Assembly: GCA_002633005.1 (NCBI GenBank) | Contig: NMRA01000048.1 | Location: forward strand, 248,001-312,000 | Origin: Phoronis australis | Taxonomy: Eukaryota > Animalia > Phoronida | DNA: 64,000 bases | Direction: 5' to 3' | Shown: one piece after another, positions 27,101 through 39,930 of the stretch | Position numbering within the stretch: position 1 is the first letter of the stretch | How the letters are laid out: the number at the start of each line of letters is the position of its first letter | Notes under the pieces: model-generated | The model's database searches: none | Told to the model about the DNA's origin: nothing | The model's input: only the letters and a program-made list of their open reading frames with translations | Translations under genes and position numbers: made by a program

Positions 27101-28921
27101 AATACAAAGCTCAGTGTGAAAACCAAAGAAAATCCTCAAAGCACTTGGTGACGTGAAAAATGAATTTGTTGCAAACAAGACAATTTTCATATCAACTAAT
27201 TTCAGGCAAGGGTGGTGAAACACTTGTTGACTTGTTCGCAAGATCTCCAGAGCTAGTCACATCCACTCATCTCTTAATTAATCCAATTTACAACCCAGAC
27301 CATGAATTGTAAGCATGGTATAAATTTACATAATGTATACTAAGGGGGCTTCATAGTTCATACTTGCAACACATACACTGTTTCAAGAACCAGCTAGCCA
27401 ACAGCAATTGTGGCCAGTCGTTCAAATACACACACTACATACAGGATATCAGTTATATGCAAAATTGATTTGCAAGCAATGGAATTCCTTGTACTTCAGA
27501 TTTTCAAAGTTCATCGGTGGGCGATTGTTTTGCACACTTTGACCTTTTCTCCAAATGCATACCAGCAGACATTGCATAATTTAATGGATTGTGTTAGCAA
27601 CATCCTTCTGACCAGCAGACAGTCATCAATATTCAACACAAACAATGCAATTGTCATTTTTCCAAATTTTACACAATGGTGTTTCAGAACTGTCGCACAA
27701 AACCAATAATTCCAACAATTAAGCAACTTTTATGAAATTATTAAATAAAAATTGACAAAAATTCATTTTTAGTTGTTTTATGTCTCACAAACTAAATTCT
27801 TTACTGAAACAGGTAACACTCCGTGAACAACATGTACCAGTCACAGGCATGAGCCAAGCCTGGTTCTGCCGTAAGTCAGACAGTTCTCTATAGAACAGCT
27901 CAAGCTTTGAGCGGAAAAGTAACAGTTAAAACACACCACATAAACCCTCACAACAGGCGCTCTGCATAAAGTCAGTTTGCCCCCTTTATGTCAGCCAGGT
28001 GGACGACCAGGTGTTCTACCAGGTGGCTGTTGCCATCCTAATATGATCAACGATCAGTTCATTATAAAAATTTGGGTTCTATATCATGAAAAGTGTCTTA
28101 TGACTTGACTTCAGTCAAAAGAATGGTCTTATGCTCCCTACAATTTCTGAAAACTAATTAAATCTCACTGCAGCAAAATTGAAAAGACTGAGAAATAGGC
28201 CTACACGTTTATTGCAAGTTAATGAGATAATTTGACGACTGTGATGCTCTCGTACTTACTTTGCTAAACCCTTTTCACCAAATATGACAAAATTGCTGTC
28301 GGAAGTCTTTGGTCACTTTCACCAAACAGAGCCCCCATCGTTCCGGTTTCAACAATCAATACCAGAGAAAATGATGTTACCCACAGGACACTCCTTACAG
28401 GAGCAGCTGGTTGGAACCTGGTTGGAACGTGCCACCAACTAGAGTGGGAACTTCGTCCTATTCAGACGATGTCTTGAGTAGGACGTTTCATCATCTGGTA
28501 TTTTATCGGGTGCAAATTTACCCACTTCCCCATGTATTGTGTCGTTAAGAACCAAACACATGTTGTGGTAACCACCACCCAATCTCTAGCTGAGGCTTCG
28601 GACTCCAAAAACTACGTAAAATCACACCAATATGGCAAACAAGCAAAATATTATTTTCCCATTTTTCCCAAAACGACATACGGCACCAAATTAATGTTTA
28701 CACATTTTCAAATTCTACCTACCATCAGACAATAATTTGAATAACTGAGGGCATTCGCAACAATATCGGAAGACCTAGAAAATGCGTGAGAGGACAGCTT
28801 TGCCGATTATTTTTTGTCAGGAAACTGTAAGATTTTGTGATAGTTACAGAATAGATAGAAATCATTTTTGGATTGCTAAAAAGCATTGACAGTCTAGACT
28901 AAAAAGAAGGGAGATAATTAC

Positions 28922-29126
28922 CATATCTAGGTTTATTCTCATACGAGGGAGCCCCGGCCTCGGACAGCTTACTTCCTTTACTCCCGTGAAGATTATCACG
29001 TGACTTCCTCTTGCGGACGGGTTTCTCCTCGTTTTCCGACGAGCTATATTCATCGGGCTCTGACGTGTGCCTGGCCCTGTGATGAGCACGGGGTGTAGAC
29101 CGGTACCTCTGCTCCATCGCAGACAT
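28922..29126 (-). CDS. First coding exon of the long isoform of an unidentified large signalling/scaffold-like gene (exon 28922-29200 includes 5'UTR)
   Basis: Acceptor tatttttcag| before 29200. In-frame TGA/TAG lie upstream of the ATG at 29126. Encodes MSAMEQRYRSTPRAHHRARHTSEPDEYSSSENEEKPVRKRKSRDNLHGSKGSKLSEAGAPSYENKPRY. Donor ATG|gtaatt, phase 1, matches the next exon. Confidence 0.8.
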
Positions 29127-31420
29127 TTGCAATAGTTCACAAGTAGTGCTCGTCACTACACAATATTTCTCATTCTTCTAAGCTGCGTAGACTCACAATT
29201 CTGAAAAATAACCACGAGCAAACTAAGTCTACGATGATTAAAATATTAGACGAAACGTCACATTAAATCTAATAAACGTATCAATTTAAGTAACAGCAAG
29301 GTGTATTGAAAAATAAAGACTCTGCTCTCAACACTAGTTCCTGTATTGAAGTAATTCATGGCAGCTGAGATCAATACTGGAAAATTTTCTTCATTAACAA
29401 ATTTGATATTTACATAGTCTTGTCTTGTGATCAGAAGCTAACCAGACAGAATTTAAATCAATTTACAACGATAATAAATCAAAGGAAGCTTTTAGTTAGT
29501 TTCATGCTTACCGATATTATCAATACAACATCTAATATCATAGTAACAATGGATATGTTCATAATTTTTGCACTCTCTAACGACCCGTACTCCGCTTACA
29601 AAAAAACTCATCACATAAATCATAAATTCCTATAGATAACGACAAAAACAACACCACCTTGAAAAGTGACCAACAGTGAACACATTCTGAGATCCAGGAT
29701 CCTATCTTTGTACTAAAAATCGAACTCTACATATTTAAGTATGCTAGAGTAAATTATGGTTGACACCTGAGTGGATGACTGTATGCGTAATCCTAGGTTG
29801 TACTGGATAAACCTACCATCAAGGCTTTACGTTCAAGTCTGAACTCAAAGTTTTTACTCAAAGTTTCAAGTTCTTCCTCGAGACTAGATTCACATCTGTG
29901 CATATCACAATATACTCAAGTACACAAAATAAACAACAATCTTCGGATTGTAATAAAATAGAACAGAAAATGCCGTGAAGAGTTTCGAATCTTCAAGCAC
30001 AAAGGTTAGACCACTAGCCCAAGAAAATACCAGTTAAGTAACAACAATGAATCTCCATAACATCACTCACACCTTTATAAATTCAAAATGTCACCTCTCT
30101 TATTCAAATTACAAGGTCTAAAAGGCCACATTATTTTGGCTCCTTTTAGTGTGAAACCAGTTGTGTAGGTAGTCACTCTGGGATTTGATACAACACAAAT
30201 ATTGCTTGCTAAAGAGATACTCACAAAATAGGCAATATCACTTTATGGCTTCTACGAAAGAATCTGACAAAATATCAGAAAAAAATTCAGAGAGTTCTCA
30301 AGCATCCCAAGCAGCAAATTGCAACTGTATATCCAGCCAAAATATATGACCCGTCTGCCATGGCCAATCTCCACAGATAATCATAAGTCCGGCTAAGGGT
30401 CCAAGGGTGCTTTTATAAATTAATGCAAAACAACTAAACACATTAAACACCAGTTGATGTAGAGCAAAAGGTGTCTGTGCAGTGCCAGTCCTTTCACCCC
30501 ACCTGGCAATTACCTCCAATTTACCTACCACCAATCACCAGCTAATAGCTGGGTGCAAACACCCCCAGGGCCAGAACTGGGTCATTAGCCTGGGTACAGG
30601 CATAAACTAACATCAGGGGTTACCTAAGAATGTCCTTGGGTCAGCAAAATGTCCATATCAGTCAAACCACATTCCAGACACATCTTAGGTCTAAAGAGAT
30701 TAAATGTTAGGTGGATTTATTACCTAACAGGAGGAAAGGTTATTTATGGAACTTTTTGTGATGGAAATAATAACTGAACCACAGTTGATCAGAAAGAAGA
30801 TATTAAAAAAGATGAAAACATCTACTCTGAGTCTTGCACAGCTTCATCAAGAACAGTTACTGAAGTCCTTCCAGACGACACCCCCTCCCCCCTTCCCTGG
30901 CCTTTTGCATTCGCACTACTTTCAGTCACTATGTTGTGGGGTTGTGTCCGCACGCAGTCGTGTGACAGCTCTCAGCAGTATCTACGTTAACTTAGAGGAG
31001 AATCCGACACCGGGGATCACTACAGTACTGGAACTGGGGGCAGGTCATAAAGATCGACTTCAATACTTTCACGTTAGGACAGCTACTATTAACAGTACCT
31101 ACCACTGGGCCCAAGTCACAATATTGAGTCCTAGCACATGTACACCTTAACAGATATGATGATCTCAGTGCGTATTTGGAGCCCTCTGGGGGATACCTTG
31201 GAAAACATTCTAAGAAGTGCCATAAATCAACGGCATGTCTTATGCACAAAGGAGGTGGATCCTTAGGGCTACACTACATTATCCAGGTGTAACATACACC
31301 TGAAGTTACACCTGTAGATTAAGATCACATTATGGAAAAAGACACCATTCCTATTGATTGGCAAGGTAAAAAAACAGGCCTGTCAATATTTGCATCTCAT
31401 AGTAAATCAATTTATTGAAT

Positions 31421-31744
31421 TTTTGGTGATGTATAAAAATTATGTGGATTAGCAAAATTATATGTTAATCAAGTTAGCTAGCTCATTCAAAATCCAATTA
31501 ATAGTTAAACTAATAGTCAAGTTAAAAAACAAAATGAAAAAAATATGATTGATAAGCAGTTAATATTTTTAAGCCAAGTACTTTTGGTGATGCATAAAAA
31601 TTATGTGGATTAGCAAAATTATAAGTTAATCAAGTTAGCTACCTCATTCAAAATCCAATTTATAGTTTTTAACTGATAGTCAAGTTAAAAAACAAAATGA
31701 AAAAAATATGATTGATAAGCAGTTAATATTTTTAAGCCAAGTAC
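31421..31744. repeat. Two-copy ~160 bp tandem duplication
   Basis: ttttggtgatg...ttaagccaagtac is repeated with a few substitutions and indels. Confidence 0.9.
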
Positions 31745-34700
31745 AATACACCAGCAACGATACGACAATAGTTACTTCCCATAATACTACAGCGCCCTCT
31801 CTGATTCTGCAGTATTTACCCACAATGCTACAGAACCCAAGGGCACTTGCCCTGCAATGCACATATTACAACATTGTTCTAATCACAAAGCATTAAGATT
31901 ACAGGCAGATTGTCATCAGCATTTTGACGTCAATTAAGTTTTGCTGTTGGATAATGAGTTACATTGCTGACATTTAAAATATTTGACAGGCTGAGTCAAT
32001 GAGTGGGTGCGACAATCGTTTTCAATTTGTCTCACTCCAGAGTTAGCAGGCCCCACCTGGTGTTACCGGCCCCACATATCGAAAACCAGGGCAACCACAC
32101 AACGCGTTTTTTAATGAGTTGAACTGGGATGCAAGAATCCTACCAACTGATAACTTAAAATTGACAATTTTATTTCATGATGCAGTCAAATTATTTCTGC
32201 AACGCTACAATGGTAAGAGTTATCTCCCTCCCCCATAGACTTAGCACCACTTGTATTCATTGCCTCAGAGCATACAGTAGTAAAGCATTCTACATTAAGC
32301 TGCTGGAAAGACAGTGCCCCAGAACCAAGGGTTGATTTCTACACAGACACCCCAGTTTAATCCTTACTTGTAAACCCTGTGTATATCCTAATGGCACACA
32401 CAGTTGAAGAGCTAGTGTTAAAACAGCTTCAGGCCTAACTCAACAGTGTCATGGAAGAAATGTCACATCAGCACACATGAGTGTGTTTAGAAAAGAGATT
32501 ATCAAACCAGACTTGTGTCTATTGTAATAACCTGAAATTTCATTCTGGGCCCCGAGTGTCAAAAGCAAGTACACAATCGAATACGTCCGAGTGATCATCA
32601 ATCTAACACTTAAAACACAACACGGCTTCCTTTTTTCTTCAAAAGCGAACGAAAATGAACCCAAGAACGGCAGTCTCAGTTCAATTTTCCAACTTCGAAT
32701 ACCATAAGGGTAGAACTGATAGCCAGTCAAAATCACAATCCTATGAATATTCAGTCTACTCAATGAACCAATCATTTGCAGTTATCTCCCTTCAGGTTAT
32801 CTCAGCCATGAGTGTATTCAGGCTTCTCAATGTCAAAAGCCACCCTTACCTAATGTAGCATACAATACTCCTTCCACCTACAATCTAGGGTGCTTAACTT
32901 GGGAACTTCAAAAATCAAGGAGTGGGTTATAAGACAGGCATTTGGAAACATTTAGAAGTTGTGGATAGGCATTTGTGGGTAAATGCCTATTTTTGGACAA
33001 CAGTATGATAATACAAGGATAATTTTAGGAGCTTGCCCCATGTCATTAGTGTACAAACCATTTCACTGACTCGCTGTGATTGCTTAACTTGGACCAACGA
33101 GGACTCACTAAACTTGGAAGCACAAAATCGACAAAAAAACTAACATGGACCACAGGTCTTCGGAATTGATCCACGGGGATGAGGCCATGTAATATCGACT
33201 ACGCATGAGCCAAAAGAACCATTTCACGTCCCATTCAGTAAAAAATGGGTATTTTTCCATCCAAATATGCCAAGGTGTCTCTGAAACTAATTGTTTGTGA
33301 GCTTGGAGCTAACATTCTCATGAAACGAGCATTCACAGACACTGATTAGCACTTTTAAGGAAGGCTCGAATGTATAAATTGGTAGGGCACGGGACTTCAA
33401 ATGAGAATTTCTACGTTTTGGACATATGGGCTTTAAGTCAAATATACTATCAACCTGGAAAAGTAATACTTGTAGTTTTCAAAATTACTGAGAAAAAAAT
33501 TTGAATTCTTTAAAATTCAGCTTAATATTCCAGTAAAATATCCTCTTCCTTAACTTCTGTCAAGATCTTTTGCTTTCTAAAAGCCTGGATACGATCAATG
33601 GTAAAAATTCGTCAATTCGCAACAAAAATATTTGCCAAAACTGCCATATTTCTATTTCAAATGCTCACAATTTCATCAAATTTCGTTTGGTAATAACTAC
33701 GCCATACAAACCATGCTAAAAGCAATGTAAATTTTCCTGAAATGTTATTTTTGTTGAGAAATTTGACAAAATGAAATTTCACCTGTACGCCATATTGTGC
33801 CGCAAACAGTACACTCACTCACCTAGGTCACTAAATGCCAAAGTGAATAATGATGACAACAAGCACATATATAATTGCTCTCTTCAAACCCAAACTCACA
33901 AAATGAACATTTCAGTTCAATGAACATGATAAAGGTTTAATAAACAATTCGCAGAATTTCTAGCACAGAAACAATTCCGTATCTGACCAGAAGTATGACA
34001 GATACCGCCCACCAACTGATTCAAAACTTTATGCCCTAGAATTTCAATAGAATTTAATTTGACACCTTGGAATTCCATTCAAAATTTAGTGCCTTGTAGG
34101 CTTATAGAAGAATACAATTCATATGACTCTCAAGAAATCCCTCAGGACATCATGACAAAGATTACGCAAACACCCAAAATCTCAATGCGTACCAAGTGAA
34201 AATTAGCCACAACACCATAAAATGTTACTCACTGTTTTGCTGATTGACAGGGAATTGATACAAAATCGGAAATCACAAAACAGCTCAGATTTTCATTGAG
34301 ACATAATGCTCAATTTCACGGCAATAAAAATGGGCATTAGTCAATAGAAAAGTAATAAAGAATGGAGATTTAGCTGTAATTCCTACTAAATGACTTGCAT
34401 ATTAAGGATCTTTATTAAGCCTTAGTCATGTTTACAAGCAAACATTATGAGTGCAAACTTTAGGAATTACTTTAAATTTTCGTGTTTTATCTTAACTATT
34501 GAATTCAAAGATTTTTCAAAAATCAGATTTTATAGCCAAGCCTCAACCAAAGAGAGTTTATAATTTTACCTAGTAACTTAAATGATTCTTTAAAATTTAA
34601 AATTTTACTATTAAGCCTCAACCAAAGCAAACTTAAAATTTTAAGTTGTAATTCTCAAGTAATAAAGTAACCGTGCCAAATAATTTGCAGACTTCTAACA

Positions 34701-37700
34701 AACCACTCAACAACTTAAAGTTTTGGATACAATACAAAATGTTGAATTCTCAATAGAAATGGCACTTTTCCGTACTGATGAAATGTATCAATGCTTTAAA
34801 ACAAATCCGAAATGTTGAAAACAATGCTGTACCTCATACAAAAACATACCTGGATTTGACGTCAAAAACTTACTTGTGACTCTGTAATGGCAGTATCAAC
34901 TCAACTCAGTAATGATTATGTTCCAGTTATTATCCCTATCCAATAACAATCAAGACCTCTGATCTCTGCACACAGTCAAATAACACTGACCACAAGTTGC
35001 AATCCACACTCACAGGACCATTAATACATTATCCAATCAGGTTGTTATTATCCAACACAGCTTCAAATTTCCAACAGCTATTCTCCTGCACAGCTTTAAA
35101 TTTCCAACAGCACTACAGGAAAACAACCAAATCTCCCTGAACCTTTGTTGACCAATAAAGGTGTTAACTAGCCAGTAGGCACCTATTCAATAAATGTGAA
35201 TGGTCACTCTTCAGTCTGACCAGGAGGCAGTGAACAGGTGGAGGGTTAAAGCCAGGTATGGTCAGGCAGGCTGTGTGTGTAGTTTTTATGTGGATGACAC
35301 AACAGAGCTAATCCCCTGAGTAAACAGAGAGGTGGTGATAAGAGAGCTTGCCAGCTAGTCCAGGTAAATACAGGTCCATGAGTCACTGTTGACATTATTT
35401 AACAGGGGAAATTCTACACAAACAAGTGGCCATCAAAGGTGGACTTGGTTAATGACCAGTACATAAGATAAAACATGACGCCTTTACAGCCAGCAGCACA
35501 AGGATAATGTTACTTATTTATTTAAATAGAACCTCCCAAAATGACCATTCCTGCACATGATTTAAAGGATTAATGGTAAAACACATGTCCCAGAAGTAAA
35601 TTTAAGAAAATATGCTACAAAAGTATTTCCCAGTGTGAAATCATTGATGTTTTAACACTAAAATGCAATGAAATTGATTTCACACTGGTTTTCTAAAATT
35701 AACCTCCTACACAACTAGTTTCTTAACTATAATTGACCCATTAAGTCAAGTGCAGGAATAATCATTATTTTGAGGAGTATCCACAGTCTAACACCTGGAA
35801 ACAATGAAATGACCACCAGTTGTGCAATACCTTAGCTATCATCAGCCTAACTTGAATAAGAGGCAAAATTTGAGCTCCTTCAGTGTAAAGAAAGTCACAA
35901 GCTGATTTTCAAGGCATATTTGTGATTTCAGAATGAAGAGACCAAGACTTAAGAAATCTTCAGATCTGACAAGACGTCGTAGAAAAATAAGGACAACCTA
36001 TTAAAAATCAACAGTGCACCAAAACGAACGCCAGTTTCACCTGCCTACAAACATTATAGAAAGGGGAAATTGTTCAGAAAATAAATGTATACAATTCCAC
36101 TTGAGATTATTACACAGACATTCTTGATCAAAAGGTGCAATTTTTGTCTAATTCTTCAAAATATTTTGTATAGTATTACTACCATAATCCAAAGTGATAT
36201 AGACTCAGGTACAGGTTTAAACCCCTGTCAACAGTGATGGACTTTTAAGTTATTAAAATAACTTACATACCTGAACAGAGAACATCAGAGGTTTAGATTT
36301 TCCATAAAAATGTAAAGAACAAGCTTCAAGAAGCAACAAGATGTGTGGAACACACTCCCACAAGTCCAATCCTGTGATATGCCAACAAGCAGAAAAACAA
36401 CACACCTCTTTTACCTGCTAATTGGAAATGAGTGCAGGACCTTTGACAGTGGATAATTTCCGGAGCCACCAACTACTTCTCAACAAGCCAGTTGACAATC
36501 AATCAAACCATACCATCACTCTGCACTAACAATCCCCCTCATAACACTATCACCCAAAGCCTTTTGTATCAGGACATTGTTTGGCAAAGGTTCACAGGCC
36601 ATGAAATAGTAATGGCTACCCTCTATTGATTAAAGCCAACTGTTATATAAGATTATGTAATGCTGGTGTAACATGAAACTGGCTGAACAACTGTTTACAC
36701 ACATTTAATAGCATTCAGTGTAAAACTCTAAACAAATCCAAAAGGCCTCCTTTGCCTGATATTTGTCATGTGTTGAAAGAACATGGCATAGGAATGGTCT
36801 CTGTCAATTATGAAGATTTAGTGCCTATGAAAACCTGACATATGCACACTGATTGAGTTTTGATAGTATTTTTGGTAAACATTCAACAATACCAGAGTTA
36901 TGCTTCAATATCATTTTCATTGTTCTGATCCTAAATGCCTTCACACAATAATTTGAAAAGTTGTAGGAATTCACAACAATGTTGCCCATAAAATGTCTTG
37001 GAAACTGGAAACGGGTAGTCACAGCAGTTTTATGTCTGAAATTAGCGAGATTTTGTCAATTAATTCAAGTACATATTTTAAATATTGCTTAACGACAAAA
37101 ACATAACTGAGACTTATAGAAGTCCAAATTTCTTGGCTAACTCATTGAAATCACCAACCTTGATATTTTCTATCCTGTTGGAACTCTTGGAAAGAAACAG
37201 AAATTGCCAATCTTTACTTAAAAATAATTCTTATAACCATCAGAATTTAATTTGCTGTCTCTTGATGTTGCACTATTTGTGCTAAGTAATATGTAACATG
37301 GAATCTATAAAAAAACGCTAAATCTGTAAACTGTACTAAAGCCCTAAGCAGTGCCATATTTGAAAACCGGTGCTTTGATTCATGTTTTGTGTATTTTTAA
37401 CAAGATGAGTTACATTTTCTAATGACATAATACAAGGATGGGCCAAAAGGAGTTGACTGCTTCACTGGGAAGATACGTCACTACTAAGTTGAGTTACACT
37501 AGTTTAAAGTTTGCAATTTAGGCTTGACCTAATTATCTTTAATTCACATCCTCTAATAATTTGCATTTCTTAAATTTCATCCTGCTCATCACTGATCTGG
37601 TTCATAATTATGTTCTCTGCTACTTAGTCTATACATTTCAATTTTCTTTTAGCAACACGTACACCCACAACAGTTTTCAAATAATCTGCACAGTGCATGT

Positions 37701-39454
37701 CTATGAAAGGAATAACTCGTAAAAGTTTGTACAAAATCAATTATATCCCTGAAAGCAGGGGGAAGTGGCTCACAACATTAAAAACATAACTTCACTTCCA
37801 GAAATTCAATTCTGATGAAAAATAAAGAAAAATCTTTGAACTCAAGAACTACCCTATTCAGACCTCCTAGCTTACATACCGGTACTTGAATTTCACATTA
37901 AAAGTGACCATTTCCCCTCCTGTCACTGTCATTGTTCCTTTACCTGGCGAACCAACAGCACACCTGGCCAGAGTCCCACATGAATTCATCTATCAGACTG
38001 AGATAAGGAATGACAAGCCAGTAGTAATTAGCCTGCAGATTTACCACCAACCCTTACATAATAGTGACTGCCTCTATTTGAACAAGATTTTGTCTCAAAT
38101 CTATAGGCAGCAATTAGGTTGTGACTGAATAATGCAATGAGCAAGACAAGGCAAGTGACAAGTTATGGGCAAAAGAAGCAATTATTAGCTAGTTACCAAA
38201 AATTATAATTAAGAGAACTCAAGTTAATTGATTACTTGTATTTCAGCATGGTTCTTTGATTTCCTTTTCGGCTGTAATAAAAAATTTAAAATGTTATGAT
38301 TTCCAAAAAATGGAGGCCACGTCTGTAAATTAGAAACAGATAAGAGCATTTTCAAATACTCCAAAACCAAATCAGGGATCCTTAAAACACTCCAAAAGAC
38401 TTACTCATCAAATGCACTACAGTTTTTTGGCTATTCTGTCCTGCAAGTCATCAGACGATACAACTGAACACAGACCAATCACGCAAGTCAGGCATCAGGT
38501 GTCATTCTCAATTCCTGCCGCGTAGCACGCCTACCTGTGATCAACTGGTTTGAAAAAAACGCCCGCTAAGAATGCGTCAAACAATAGCTATGCACATACA
38601 GTAAAGGGCAGATGCAGACTACATGTGTATCCCAGCACAGATGTATGGTAGTAATTGTATAGACTTGAGAGTAAATATTTACCACAAGAGAAAGACCTGA
38701 CTTTCCTTTGTTACACAGGGAATGACGCCAACTGGCAGAGTATCCTTCTTAAATGAGAGTCACTGTTGACAATTGTTGGGTACAGCAAATAGTGTGGTCT
38801 CCCCTGAATAGAACTACCATATTGTTACCCTGGCTGAATCAATGCTCAAAAACGATAGAAATTTGCGACTGTGTCCGGAATAACTGGACTCGCGAGTTTG
38901 TCGACGGAAGTAAGGCAGTAAATATGGATGGCAGTCTTCGCTTTGTGATAAAGAGTAAGCACGAGACGGTCTTTCAATAATCGAAATTTCAGAGTAAAGG
39001 ACACGAACTGAAAGCTGTTACAGAGCGTAATTTATTCGTAATTCAATGATTTTGTGAGATGAAGGCGCTGATTTTAACTCAGTACATACATGTACCACTC
39101 ACCAGGTTCAGAACATGAGATCAGATCTGTTATAAAGAAAAATGATCTTTGCAAAACAACAGACCGCGGAATGTCATTTCAAGCATGACATCCATGAGAC
39201 AAGTGTCATATAATCACTTTAAAAACCTAATTGAAAAAAGCAAACTTTTATCCAATTCATTCTCAAACTCCAACCAGCATTCTAATAACATGTTATTATT
39301 GTGACCACTCATGTTCGACCACCGTGTGGAAACAACCTGAGCATGATCACAAATCATGTGATTGGAATGTAGACTTATCATGGTAAAAAGGCAGATCTGC
39401 AGTCATCATTTGGACGTGGACGATAAGTAGGCACGCGGACAACGTGAATTTTTT

Positions 39455-39930
39455 TCCGATGGCAAATCAGACGTCAAATTTCCATTTTTAAGGGAAAGGT
39501 ATGTGAATGCTGTATGAGAAGTTTTCACTGGGCATTGCTTAGTTTTCAAAAAATAAATATGGCAATCCTCCACTAAATATTTGCCAAAATTGCAATTTCC
39601 ATATCTCAAAGGCTGTTTTTTTTAATGAAAATAATAGAAAATTATCGTAGGAGTTGTAATAACTGCACAACAACAAAGGAAAAAACACAGATAGATTGGG
39701 AGTTGACCGTCTACCTCACAACGCTAAGGAAAGAAATAACTATGCAGGAGTTGTGGCACAGCTTGTGGACGTCGTTGGACATCGAGGACTTTAGTTGCCC
39801 AAACTGTAATAGTCTCAGTGGCCAGCTCACATGGTCATTAGTAAAACCGCCAAAATACCTTTGTATTCATATCTTACGTCCAGGTTATACACACAACCAT
39901 AGAAAAGTACTGTATCACAACTCAGATTAA
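39455..39930 (+). pseudogene. Degenerate fragment of a USP/C19 ubiquitin-specific-protease-like domain
   Basis: ORF 39625-39930 contains CNNC...TMQELW...IEDFSCPNC...KPPKYLCIHILR, matching the USP fingers Zn ribbon and the LPxxLxIHLKR box. Upstream sequence is broken by stops. No Cys box or His box is seen. Confidence 0.6.

Noticed and set aside
33823-34881. Two 8-nt exon-like units (TGACCTAG near 33825, AGTCACAA near 34877)
   Set aside because: Weak polypyrimidine tracts, not frame-preserving, and plausibly chance matches in 64 kb.
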